The notes below the pieces were generated by a model, which worked only from the letters and a program-made list of their open reading frames with translations, searched no databases and had not been told where the DNA came from. From positions 450,001-482,000 of the forward strand of contig NZ_AP024987.1 of NCBI RefSeq assembly GCF_020885515.1: a stretch of 32,000 bases of DNA. Reading direction: 5' to 3'. Shown in pieces: positions 22,400-32,000 of this stretch; the stretch's first letter is position 1, and each line of letters begins with the position of its first letter. Both the position numbers and the translations under genes were made by a program. Origin of the DNA: a cyanobacterium endosymbiont of Braarudosphaera bigelowii. GTDB lineage: Bacteria; Cyanobacteriota; Cyanobacteriia; Cyanobacteriales; Microcystaceae.

Positions 22400-22780
22400 T
22401 TATTCTTCTTTTGTTATATCTTCTCCAATAGAAGTATCTGGAGAGCTTGTACAAATAACTGAACCATTGAGACTAATAGAATTAATCATTAAACGGCTAA
22501 GCTCTTGACGATGTCCTCTTTTCTTGCGCGTTTTCTTCTTAGGACGCATTTTGTAGACAATAACTTTTTGTCCTCGGCGCTCTCTAAGTACAGTTCCCTC
22601 TACTGTAGCTCCCTCGATAAAAGGGTGACCAACAGTTATATTATCATCATCACTAATCAGTAGTACTTTTTCAATTACGTAAGAGTTATTACTGTCAGTA
22701 GTAAGACGGTTCATATCATAGAAACGACCAGGCTCGACACGAAATTGCGCTCCTCCAGCCTCAACGATTGCATAATTCAT
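22400..22780 (-). CDS. rplU: 50S ribosomal protein L21
   Basis: MNYAIVEAGGAQFRVEPGRFYDMNRL, KVIVYKMRPKKKTRKKRGHRQ; upstream of rpmA on the same strand, the usual order. Confidence 0.96.
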   Translation of the reverse strand: MNYAIVEAGGAQFRVEPGRFYDMNRLTTDSNNSYVIEKVLLISDDDNITVGHPFIEGATVEGTVLRERRGQKVIVYKMRPKKKTRKKRGHRQELSRLMINSISLNGSVICTSSPDTSIGEDITKEE

Positions 22781-23052
22781 AACTTTGTCCTTGATATTAA
22801 TTGCCGTACAGGTAGAATAACAACGAATATTCTTATTCTTTTGCTTATACTGTAACCTGATCCGAGCAGGATTTCGTTGAAACCCTATATTATCATACTA
22901 TTATTATATTTTATGTCAAACAATTCCTTTATCATGGTTAATATTTAATCATGCAAATAGTAGTTTTCTAAAAAACAAAATTACTTAGTAAAAATAATTC
23001 CAATAATCTGTTAGGGTGTACTTTAAACAAATTAATTTTTTATTGCAACAAT

Positions 23053-23403
23053 ATGTCCCAGAATCAATCTATCTCAACGATTACAGTAAAAGAGCTTGCT
23101 GAATATCTTGTAAAAGACAGTTCTGAATTACAGTTAATAGATGTAAGAGAACCAGAAGAAGTAAAGATAGCTAGCATTAAAGGTTTTAAAATATTTTCCT
23201 TAAGTCAGTTTCATGAATGGTCTAAAACAATTATCTATGACTTAGATTTTAACAAAGAAACATTAGTTCTTTGTCATCATGGAGTAAGGTCTTCTCAAAT
23301 GTGTTTTTGGTTACTTCAAACTGGGTTTCTTAATGTTAAAAACATACAAGGAGGAATTGCTGCTTACTCTTCAATAATTGACAATAGTATTCCTCAATAT
23401 TAA
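23053..23403 (+). CDS. Rhodanese-like domain protein
   Basis: 116 aa; LQLIDVREPEEVKIASIKGFK, TLVLCHHGVRSSQMCFWLLQTGFLNVKNIQGGIAAYS; candidate active-site Cys in CHHGVRSS. Confidence 0.92.
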   Translation: MSQNQSISTITVKELAEYLVKDSSELQLIDVREPEEVKIASIKGFKIFSLSQFHEWSKTIIYDLDFNKETLVLCHHGVRSSQMCFWLLQTGFLNVKNIQGGIAAYSSIIDNSIPQY

Positions 23404-23455
23404 GTGAGAGAAAAGTAGTTATTTCGTAAAAGTTACATCTAAAGACTACATTGTT

Positions 23456-24532
23456 ATGACTATTCCTTTTTTTTTAAATCAAAGATATCAAAAAATTTTA
23501 CGAGCGGCAGTTCAACATTATATTGCCACGGCGGAACCCGTTGGATCTAATACTTTGGTTAGAGAATACAATTTAAGTATTAGTTCAGCGACCATTCGCA
23601 ATACATTAGGAAAACTAGAAAAGGCAGGATTTTTGTATCAACCCCATACTTCTGCTGGTAGAATACCATCTGACTTTGGTTATCGAATATATGTAGATAA
23701 CTTAATGATTCCGGATCATAATTGTACAAAGAATATTAAACGCAAGTTAAATCAACAATTAGATTCAAAAGTTTATGACTGCAACGAAACTTTTTTACAA
23801 AAAGTAGCTCAGATATTGGCAAACTTGAGCGGCTATATAGCTCTCATTACTCTTCCGCAAATATTACCCAATGAATTACATCACTTACAGTTAATACAAA
23901 TATCTCCTAAACAAATAATGTTTGTTGTTGTAACTAATGATTATAAAACTCAATCTATCTTAGTAGATATTCCATCTATTTTAATTCATGATAATAAAGA
24001 TCGATTAGATAAAAAATTACAGATTTTCTCTAATTTCTTAAATAGTAATTTAAAAGGAAAATCTATATTAGACATTCCCAACTCAACTTGGCAAAAAATA
24101 GATCAAGACTTTATTGATTACTCTGATTTTTTAAAAGGACTTCTTAAACAGTTAAAAAATAATCTTCAATTATCTATTTCTACTCAAATAATAATTCATG
24201 GTGTTTCAGAAATTTTGAGACAACCTGAGTTTTCTCAAATGAAGCAGGTAAAAATGCTAATTCGTTTATTAGAAGAAGAACAAGATAAATTACAATCTTT
24301 AATCTTAGATTTTCCTGAGAGTAAAATATCAAATAAACAAGTAAATATTAGGATTGGAAATGAAAATCCGCTAAAATCTATGCATCTTTATAGTTTAATT
24401 TATTCAACTTACTGTCAACATAATGTTCCGGTTGGAAGTGTTGGTATTATTGGCCCAACGCGAATGCTATATGACAATACTATTCCTCTTGTAGAATCAA
24501 CAGCAGATTATTTATCCAAAATGTTTAGTTGA
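23456..24532 (+). CDS. hrcA: Heat-inducible transcription repressor HrcA
   Basis: 358 aa; QRYQKILRAAVQHYIATAEPVGSNTLVREYNLSISSATIRNTLGKLEKAGFLYQPHTSAGRIPSDFGYRIYVD; C-term GSVGIIGPTRMLYDNTIPLVE. Confidence 0.95.
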   Translation: MTIPFFLNQRYQKILRAAVQHYIATAEPVGSNTLVREYNLSISSATIRNTLGKLEKAGFLYQPHTSAGRIPSDFGYRIYVDNLMIPDHNCTKNIKRKLNQQLDSKVYDCNETFLQKVAQILANLSGYIALITLPQILPNELHHLQLIQISPKQIMFVVVTNDYKTQSILVDIPSILIHDNKDRLDKKLQIFSNFLNSNLKGKSILDIPNSTWQKIDQDFIDYSDFLKGLLKQLKNNLQLSISTQIIIHGVSEILRQPEFSQMKQVKMLIRLLEEEQDKLQSLILDFPESKISNKQVNIRIGNENPLKSMHLYSLIYSTYCQHNVPVGSVGIIGPTRMLYDNTIPLVESTADYLSKMFS

Positions 24533-25030
24533 TTACTACATTCTGTATAAGTAAGATGCTTGAGTTACCTTTAATATTTTATACAGCTTGAAACGTACTT
24601 ATAAGTTTTTCTGATTTAAAATTTTTTAGTATTTGATTCTAGGTAATTATAGTTAGAATTATACTTATCATTTAAAAGCTAATAAATATTAACCTTTAAA
24701 TGGTATAGAAAATATACTGTACATGATTAAAGAAGTATAATTTTTAATAGAATATATTGTCATATAAAGGTTCAATACTTTCACAAAATAAGTCAAATAC
24801 TAAATATATACTAGATACTGATATCAAGCCTTATTTATAGAAAATATACGATTTTTAATAAAATATTACACTTCTTATTCTACTTTTCAGGTAATTTTTT
24901 TGGAGTATATTCTAGATTTATATAAAAAAATTTAGCATAAAATATTAGCGAATAAATAAAAATACATTCCCAATTTTTACTTGTCATCCTTTTCAGTAAA
25001 CTGCTATATTAAAATGCTTATAAATCTAAG

Positions 25031-25597
25031 TTGAGGTTATCCTTGCAAAAATTACTTAACATCGCTAAGGTTATAGATGCTATTAATGAATGGATAGGCA
25101 GATTTGCTTATTGGATAATCTTATTAATGATCTTTATAGGTGTTTGGAATGTTGTAGGGAGATATGTAGGAAGATTTCTTGGATATAGTTTAACTTCCAA
25201 TGCACTTATTGAAATACAATGGTACTTATTTGATATTGTCTTTTTCCTAGGAGCAGCATATACTCTTAAACACAATGGACATGTTAGGGTGGATGTCTTT
25301 TACAAAGATTTGTCATTGAAGCAAAAAGCGTTAGTAGATTTTGTAGGTACTTTCATTTTTTTAATTCCGTTTTGTTTAGTAATAATTTATTATTCTTGGG
25401 ATAACATTATAAATTCCTGGAAATCTTTAGAAATATCTCCGGATCCTGGGGGCTTAGCTCGTTATCCTATCAAATCAATGATAATTGTTAGTAGCGTATC
25501 ACTGATTTTCCAAGGAATATCTGAAGCTATAAAAAGTTTAAGTAAATTTAAAAAGCAATTAAACTCTCAGGAGGAAAACCATGATCCAAACATATGA
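25031..25597 (+). CDS. TRAP transporter small permease subunit (DctQ family)
   Basis: 188 aa, TTG start as given (in-frame alternative TTG at 25043); RFAYWIILLMIFIGVWNVVGRYVGRFLG, EIQWYLFDIVFFLGAAYTLKHNGHVRVDVFY; directly upstream of and overlapping dctM-like gene. Confidence 0.88.
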   Translation: MRLSLQKLLNIAKVIDAINEWIGRFAYWIILLMIFIGVWNVVGRYVGRFLGYSLTSNALIEIQWYLFDIVFFLGAAYTLKHNGHVRVDVFYKDLSLKQKALVDFVGTFIFLIPFCLVIIYYSWDNIINSWKSLEISPDPGGLARYPIKSMIIVSSVSLIFQGISEAIKSLSKFKKQLNSQEENHDPNI

Positions 25598-26927
25598 CGG
25601 ATTAGGTCCACTCATGTTTGCTGTAGCACTAGTTCTGTTATCGTTGGGATATCCAGTTGCTTTTTCTTTAGGTGGGGTATCAATAATTTTCGCTTGTATT
25701 GGGGTATCTTTAGATATTTTTAATCCAGTCTTTTTAAGTGCATTGCCAAGTAGAATCTTTGGCATTATGGGGAACTATACATTGCTAGCTATTCCATATT
25801 TTATTTTTTTAGGTTCAATGCTTGAAAAGACAGGCATTGCCGAAAAATTATTATTAACTATGGGGATATTATTTGGTAAATTGCGTGGAGGATTAGCATT
25901 AGCAGTTGTTATAGTAGGAGCACTATTAGCAGCAACTACTGGAGTAGTTGCTGCTACCGTAGTTGCTATGGGATTAATTTCTCTCCCAATTATGTTGCGC
26001 TATGGATATAATAAACAACTTGCAGCAGGAGTAATAGTAGCTTCAGGAACGTTAGGTCAGTTAATTCCGCCTAGTATAGTTTTAGTTGTATTAGCTGACC
26101 AATTAAGTATTCCTGTTGGAAATTTATTTATTGGTTCAGTTGTTCCAGGATTAATGATGGCGAGCGTCTTTGCTCTACACGTTATTATAATTGCTATTAT
26201 ACGTCCTGATATTGCACCTGCAATTCCTAAAGAAGAAAGAAGCATTGGTATAAAAGCATTAGCCAAACAAGTCGTACAAGCTATGCTTCCGCCTTTGCTG
26301 CTCATTTTTTTAGTTATGGGGGGTATCTTCTTCGGTTTTGCTACTCCAACAGAAGCGGGGGCTGTAGGCGCTTTGGGGACTATTATCTTAGCTGCTTTTA
26401 ATGGACAGCTAAATTGGATAACCCTCAGGCAAGTCTGTGATACTACGTTACGTATCAGCACTATGGTGATCTTTATACTTTTTGGATCAACTGCCTTTAG
26501 CCTCATCTTCCGGGGAGTGCATGGAGATCAGTTTATGTTAAATATATTAACAACACTCCCAGGAGGAAAATATAGCTTCTTAATTGTCAGCATGTTGACA
26601 GTTTTCATCTTAGGATTTTTTATTGATTTTTTTGAAATAGCTTTTATAGTTATTCCTATTTTTAAACCTGTTGCTGAGACTTTAGGTATAGATTTACTTT
26701 GGTATGGGGTTATTCTTGCAGCAAATTTACAAACTTCTTTTTTGACGCCCCCTTTCGGATTCGCTCTTTTTTATTTGAGAGGAGTAGCTCCCCCAGAATT
26801 AAAAACAGAAGAAATTTATTATGGTGTTATTCCCTTCATTCTACTTCAACTGTTAGTACTAATCTTGATAGTTATCTTTCCTGCTTTTGTAAATTTTCTA
26901 CCTTCATTAAGTACTCACATTAGGTAG
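25581..26927 (+). CDS. TRAP transporter large permease subunit (DctM family)
   Basis: 448 aa polytopic; GTLGQLIPPSIVLVVLADQLSIPVGNLFIGSVVPG, ATPTEAGAVGALGTI, FFIDFFEIAFIVIPIFKP, LQTSFLTPPFGFALFYLRG. Strong AGGAGG at 25569-25574. Confidence 0.93.
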   Translation: MIQTYDGLGPLMFAVALVLLSLGYPVAFSLGGVSIIFACIGVSLDIFNPVFLSALPSRIFGIMGNYTLLAIPYFIFLGSMLEKTGIAEKLLLTMGILFGKLRGGLALAVVIVGALLAATTGVVAATVVAMGLISLPIMLRYGYNKQLAAGVIVASGTLGQLIPPSIVLVVLADQLSIPVGNLFIGSVVPGLMMASVFALHVIIIAIIRPDIAPAIPKEERSIGIKALAKQVVQAMLPPLLLIFLVMGGIFFGFATPTEAGAVGALGTIILAAFNGQLNWITLRQVCDTTLRISTMVIFILFGSTAFSLIFRGVHGDQFMLNILTTLPGGKYSFLIVSMLTVFILGFFIDFFEIAFIVIPIFKPVAETLGIDLLWYGVILAANLQTSFLTPPFGFALFYLRGVAPPELKTEEIYYGVIPFILLQLLVLILIVIFPAFVNFLPSLSTHIR

Positions 26928-27246
26928 TTTTATATTTAAAATTATAAGTTGAGTATTAACTTTTAATTCAATTATTTATCACAAATGTTTGAATTAGACC
27001 TTATAAAAAAATTTGATAGAACTATAGAATGATTATTAATTTGCTTGCTGTAGAAATGTATCATAAAAGAGTCTATTAAACTATTATTTAGAGTAAAATT
27101 AAATAATTAATACAAATTAAAAATATCTTTATTAAAATCATAGATATTTATATCTAATTCTCCAATAATTTTTTTAGTAAGTAATTACTATTTCGACATA
27201 TTACCTATTAAAAAAAATTTAGTATCAAATTCTCTAATATTTAATT

Positions 27247-27852
27247 ATGAACTTTTTTCGTGATCAGGTTAATAGTTTTACAGGCAAGACTCGTTTTCTA
27301 GTTTCCCGTATTTTTTTGCATCTTTCAGGAGAAGATATAGCTCCTTTATTAGGAATTCTTAATGAAGAAGCACGAGTAGCGGTAGAACAAGAGGGAGATT
27401 TGCTTATAATGGGAGAAGGATTAGTTAGGATTTGCCAATATCTTCTTCAGCTTAGTTTTAATTGGCAATCGTCTGCTAACGAGGGAGATATTTTTTGGGA
27501 AGAAGATACTGCAGGAGATTATTTTAATGAACTTTTTACTGATTCAGGGCAACGTTACTTAAGTAATGAAGACTTAGAATCGGATACAGAAAAAGAAGAA
27601 TCTACTCTAGTTTTACCAGCTAATCGTAATTTAGTTATTATGATTACTATTGCTTGTACAGGAGAAGTGCCAGATTTGGAAACTAACCTTGCTGATAAAG
27701 AAGCGTTAGAATATGGATTAAAAGCTTTGTTGAACCTTCATTATCAAGAACGTTTAGAAGCACTACAAATTCATTATTCTCCAGCACATTTTGGAGATGA
27801 GCTCACTAATGATCAATTATTACTAAATTTTCCTGAATTAGTTCCCTTATAA
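27247..27852 (+). CDS. DUF1517-family cyanobacterial-type protein
   Basis: 201 aa; VMITIACTGEVPDLE...ALEYGLKALLNLHYQERLEALQIHYSP, typical of DUF1517 C-terminus. Confidence 0.65.
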   Translation: MNFFRDQVNSFTGKTRFLVSRIFLHLSGEDIAPLLGILNEEARVAVEQEGDLLIMGEGLVRICQYLLQLSFNWQSSANEGDIFWEEDTAGDYFNELFTDSGQRYLSNEDLESDTEKEESTLVLPANRNLVIMITIACTGEVPDLETNLADKEALEYGLKALLNLHYQERLEALQIHYSPAHFGDELTNDQLLLNFPELVPL

Positions 27853-27865
27853 AATTATTGAGACA

Positions 27866-28708
27866 ATGCGCAAAATTATTATTATCTTTTTATCATTTAC
27901 TCTTTGTCTAACGACCATATCTTGTGGCTCTTCAACATTAAATGAATCTTTACCAAACAACAAAATAAAGACTTCCATTTCTAATCAAGTTAAAAATGGA
28001 AGTTACCCCATACAACAAGCAGAGTATAACGACATTAATGGAACATATACTCTGACATTGCTTAATACTCCTCCTGGAAAATCTTCTACATATAGTACAG
28101 ATAATTTACAAATGGCTAGGTTGACGCCTGAGCAAATAGCTAATGGTAAAAGTAATTATTTAGAAATCACCACGGATGCAGTAGTAATGTATATTAAAGA
28201 AGATTTTAAAATAGAGTATATTCATAATGTTACTGAGCCACAAACTAATGACCAAGTAGGGACCACTCAAAATATAGTAAGGAGAGAGTCTAGCTTTTGG
28301 AGTCCTTTCGCAGGAGCTATGGCCGGTCAAGCACTTGGAAGTATTCTATTTTCTCCCCGATACTATGTACCACCATTATATCATTCTGGACAAGTTATGA
28401 ATGGTTATGGCAGCTATGGAAGTAACTATAATCAAGCTGTTCAACGCTATCAAGAAAAATATAACAGTTCACCACCAGCAGTAAAAAATAGACAAACTTT
28501 TAGAACAACAAGAAATCTTCAAAAATCTACTTCAAATATACGTAATTCTAGAAGGGGAGCATCTCGTTCTAGTGGTTCTGGTTTTGGTTCAAGCAATTTA
28601 AGGAAAGGTAGTAGTTCAAGACCTAGTGTTAGAAGCAGATCTAGTTTTGGATCTAGAAATTCTTTCCGGTCTCGTCCTTCTACCCGTAGTTTTAGAAGAA
28701 GACGTTAA
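27866..28708 (+). CDS. Putative secreted/lipoprotein with Arg/Ser-rich C-terminal tail
   Basis: 280 aa; signal peptide MRKIIIIFLSFTLCLTTISCG with possible lipobox Cys; tail ...GASRSSGSGFGSSNLRKGSSSRPSVRSRSSFGSRNSFRSRPSTRSFRRRR. Confidence 0.65.
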   Translation: MRKIIIIFLSFTLCLTTISCGSSTLNESLPNNKIKTSISNQVKNGSYPIQQAEYNDINGTYTLTLLNTPPGKSSTYSTDNLQMARLTPEQIANGKSNYLEITTDAVVMYIKEDFKIEYIHNVTEPQTNDQVGTTQNIVRRESSFWSPFAGAMAGQALGSILFSPRYYVPPLYHSGQVMNGYGSYGSNYNQAVQRYQEKYNSSPPAVKNRQTFRTTRNLQKSTSNIRNSRRGASRSSGSGFGSSNLRKGSSSRPSVRSRSSFGSRNSFRSRPSTRSFRRRR

Positions 28709-29016
28709 TTTTATTGATGGTAAAATTCATAAATCTATAAAAGATGACTAATCTTAATAGCTATTTTTTATAACTATGCTATTGTGACTTATTAGTATAA
28801 AAATAAAATGTATCTCTAAGAGATTAAATATAATAATCTTATTTATATAATAATTTTATATAAATAAGATTATTATATTTTGTCAGTAACCTTAACTAAA
28901 TTTATATAAGCTATTTTTAATGAAACTTTTATGAATCTTAATCTCATATTTTGAAAACAGCTATTATTATAGTACTCACATAATTTTTCACATATTAATC
29001 TTAAAAAAGTAAATCA

Positions 29017-29802
29017 ATGAAAGGAGAACCATTAATTGAGTTGAAAAATGTTTCTAAATCTTTTGGTGGCTATAATATCCTAGATAACATTAATTTAACT
29101 ATCTATAGAGGAGAAGCTCTGGTCATTATAGGACCGTCAGGTACAGGTAAATCAACTATTTTACGTCTTATAGCTGGGTTACTATCATTAGATACAGGAA
29201 AAATTTATATTAAGGGTAAAGAACGTAAAGGAATTATTGAAGATGGTTACCAACCTATGCGGATTGCTTTAGTTTTTCAACAGGCAGCATTATTTGATTC
29301 ACTAACAGTTGATGAAAATGTTGGTTTTTTTCTCTATGAACATTCTAAATTATCTCGTCCCAAAATTCGAAAACTAGTTGATAAAAAACTAGCAATGGTA
29401 GGACTGCATGGAATAAGTGATCGTTATCCTTCTCAACTTTCAGGAGGAATGCGCAAGAGAGTTAGTTTTGCTAGAGCTTTAATGTCTAATCCTGAAAATT
29501 CCTTAGATAATCCAGAAATAGTTTTATATGATGAACCTACTGCTGGCTTAGATCCTATTTCTTCGACTGTTGTTGAGAACTTAGTTCGTGATTTACAAAA
29601 TGATTTTGAAGGCTGTGAAAGCTACGTCATGGTATCTCACCAAGATAGTACGATTAGACGTACTGCAGATAGAGTGATTTTTTTATATGGTGGAAAGATT
29701 CAATGGGAAGGAAAAGTCAATGAAATTGACTCTACAAATAATCCTATTGTTCGACAATTTTTTAATGCTAGTGTTAAAGGTCCTATTCGAGTAACTGATT
29801 AA
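29017..29802 (+). CDS. ABC transporter ATP-binding protein, MlaF/TGD3-like
   Basis: 261 aa; Walker A GPSGTGKST, signature LSGGMRKRV, Walker B EIVLYDEPTAGLDP; followed by an MCE gene. Confidence 0.92.
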   Translation: MKGEPLIELKNVSKSFGGYNILDNINLTIYRGEALVIIGPSGTGKSTILRLIAGLLSLDTGKIYIKGKERKGIIEDGYQPMRIALVFQQAALFDSLTVDENVGFFLYEHSKLSRPKIRKLVDKKLAMVGLHGISDRYPSQLSGGMRKRVSFARALMSNPENSLDNPEIVLYDEPTAGLDPISSTVVENLVRDLQNDFEGCESYVMVSHQDSTIRRTADRVIFLYGGKIQWEGKVNEIDSTNNPIVRQFFNASVKGPIRVTD

Positions 29803-29863
29803 ACTATTGTATAAAAACAGTTGTTATTGTTAATTATTCTGTGGAACAATGTGAGGAAAAATT

Positions 29864-31114
29864 ATGTTAAGAATGCGAACCCTACAAGAAGGCTCAGTAG
29901 GCTTGTTTGTTATTTTCGGTTTAACCATTTTTGGAGGATTGGTTCTTTGGTTACGAGGTGGTGTTTTAGGCCAAAGGACTTATCAGTTTTTCGCTAATTT
30001 TAAAAATGTTAGTGGTCTACAAGTTGGTGCGCCTATAAGGTATAGAGGTGTAACTGTTGGAAAGATTCTAGGTCTTCAACCTAACAGCAATGGAGTAAGA
30101 GTTATTCTAGAAATTTCTTCTAATCAGTTAAGAATTCCAAAAGACTCTAACGTTCAAATTAACCGTTATGGGCTAATTGGTGAAGCTTCAGTTGATATTA
30201 CTCCATCCCATAATTTATCCGAACAAGAATTAAATATTGATCCCATTAGTGAAAAATGTATGAAAGAAAGACAAATACTTTGTAACAATGATGAGGTAGT
30301 AGGTAAGACTGGATCTCAACTAGTTGAAGCATTAACACGCTTAAGTAATGCTTATAGTGATCCTAAATTTATTGGCGATGTTAATTCAGCAGTAAGAAAT
30401 GTTTCTAAAGCAGGGGACAGAATTGCTATTCTTAGCCAAGAGGTCACAAAATTATCAGAAGTTGCTCGTGGCCAAATCGATGGTGTAGGAGATGCTATTC
30501 GTAATGCAGACCAAGCAGCGCAAGATGCTTCCAAACTAATAAGAAATGTTGACTCTGTTATAGTAGAAAATCGTACTAATGTTGATCGAACAATTCAGGG
30601 AGCTGCTAATTTAACTAACAATTTAAATAATTTAGTAGAAGAAAATAGAGAAAGTATAGTTAATACGTTAAATAGTATTGAACAAACTAGTGATCAAATA
30701 CGTTTATTGGCTATTAATTTTGGGGTAACAGTAGATAGTATTAATCAAGGTATCCATGAAATTAATATGGAACAATTTGCCAATAATCTTGAATCTTTAA
30801 TGTCTAATGCAGCACAAACAGCAAAAAATTTACAAAATTTATCTAAGTCCTTAAGTGATCCTGAAGTTATAATTACCATTCAAAAAACTTTAGATTCTGC
30901 ACGTGTTACTTTTGAAAATGCTCAAAAGATTACCTCTGATGTTGAAGAACTAACAGGTGATCCTATTTTCAGAAATAATATTCGTAAACTTATAGACGGT
31001 TTGGGTAATTTAGTAACTGATACTGAAAGTTTAGAACAACAAGTTTATGCTGCACAAATAATTGAATCAGTAACTAATGCAGTAGAATATAAATTGCTGT
31101 CGAAAAAAGACTAA
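29864..31114 (+). CDS. MlaD/MCE-family substrate-binding protein (lipid transport)
   Basis: 416 aa; N-terminal TM then VSGLQVGAPIRYRGVTVGKILGLQPNSNGVRVILEI...RYGLIGEASVDITP, followed by a long helical region. Confidence 0.92.
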   Translation: MLRMRTLQEGSVGLFVIFGLTIFGGLVLWLRGGVLGQRTYQFFANFKNVSGLQVGAPIRYRGVTVGKILGLQPNSNGVRVILEISSNQLRIPKDSNVQINRYGLIGEASVDITPSHNLSEQELNIDPISEKCMKERQILCNNDEVVGKTGSQLVEALTRLSNAYSDPKFIGDVNSAVRNVSKAGDRIAILSQEVTKLSEVARGQIDGVGDAIRNADQAAQDASKLIRNVDSVIVENRTNVDRTIQGAANLTNNLNNLVEENRESIVNTLNSIEQTSDQIRLLAINFGVTVDSINQGIHEINMEQFANNLESLMSNAAQTAKNLQNLSKSLSDPEVIITIQKTLDSARVTFENAQKITSDVEELTGDPIFRNNIRKLIDGLGNLVTDTESLEQQVYAAQIIESVTNAVEYKLLSKKD

Positions 31115-31583
31115 ACGAGTTTCTTCCTATTATCAATCCTTTAACTAATGCGATAGAAGATAATACAAAAACTTAAATATATTAGTAATAAAAAATAGAG
31201 TATTTTGGTAAAGAACAAAGTACTTAATTATGATCTCAATATGGAATTCATTGTAAAGTTTTTCATACTGAAATATTTCTAATATCGATATTAAGATTTA
31301 TAGTAAAGTGTTATGTTTATTAAACTTAATAGTTTTGTATTTAAAGCCCTTAGTCTATAAGATATTGAAGTATTGATTATTTTAATTTCAACAATCAATA
31401 TAATGTGGTTTAAAACAATATTGCTAAAAGAAAAGTAGGTTTTAACAATTTACAAGTAGTATATTTATCTCAATGTCCGAAATCGAAATAAATAAAAAAT
31501 CAAGAAAAATTTTAAGATGATTAAAACATAGCAAAACGCAAAGTATAATACAATGCATACAAAATATTTAGAGAGAATAATAA

Positions 31584-32000
<417 letters not shown>

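Noticed and set aside
25559-25765. 68-aa ORF on - strand
   Set aside because: Antisense to the dctQ/dctM junction; no motifs.
26057-26923. 149-aa (- strand) and 74-aa (+ strand) ORFs inside the dctM-like gene
   Set aside because: Overlap a well-supported TRAP permease; low-complexity shadow translations.
29452-29800. Apparent insertion NPENSLDNPEI between ABC signature and Walker B
   Set aside because: This spacer is usual for cyanobacterial/plastid MlaF/TGD3-like ATPases, so not unusual.
30352-30534. 60-aa ORF on - strand
   Set aside because: Antisense to the MCE-family gene with no independent support.

Overview
This is an ordinary, dense, strongly AT-rich cyanobacterial chromosomal segment. 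The product set (CrtE, SigA, DUF1517, Mla/MCE-type transporter parts, CrtP/Pds start, plant-type 2Fe-2S ferredoxin, HpnH) fits a unicellular, possibly genome-reduced, Crocosphaera/UCYN-A-like lineage. That placement is inference only. I support about 29 protein genes and one tRNA-Arg(ACG). Two genes are cut by the window edges: a TrmH/RlmB-type methyltransferase on the left, whose frame is open back to base 2 so the supplied ORF start at 284 is internal, and phytoene desaturase on the right, starting at 31587 and absent from the ORF track. I saw no CRISPR array, transposase, phage module, toxin-antitoxin pair or recognisable defence system, and I make no claim of a new multi-gene system. The best non-coding signals are long perfect inverted repeats at gene 3' ends: 34 bp at 22011-22086, reaching through the rpmA stop codon; 24 bp at 17869-17940, after tRNA-Arg; 19 bp at 3436-3491, touching the hpnH stop codon; and 10 bp at 15743-15779. 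There is also a nested set of complementary segments in the 665-bp gap before the sigma factor (13777-13917). Secondary points are two potential organic-solute importers (an SSS symporter and a TRAP QM pair without DctP in the window) and an Arg/Ser-rich C-terminal tail on a putative lipoprotein.
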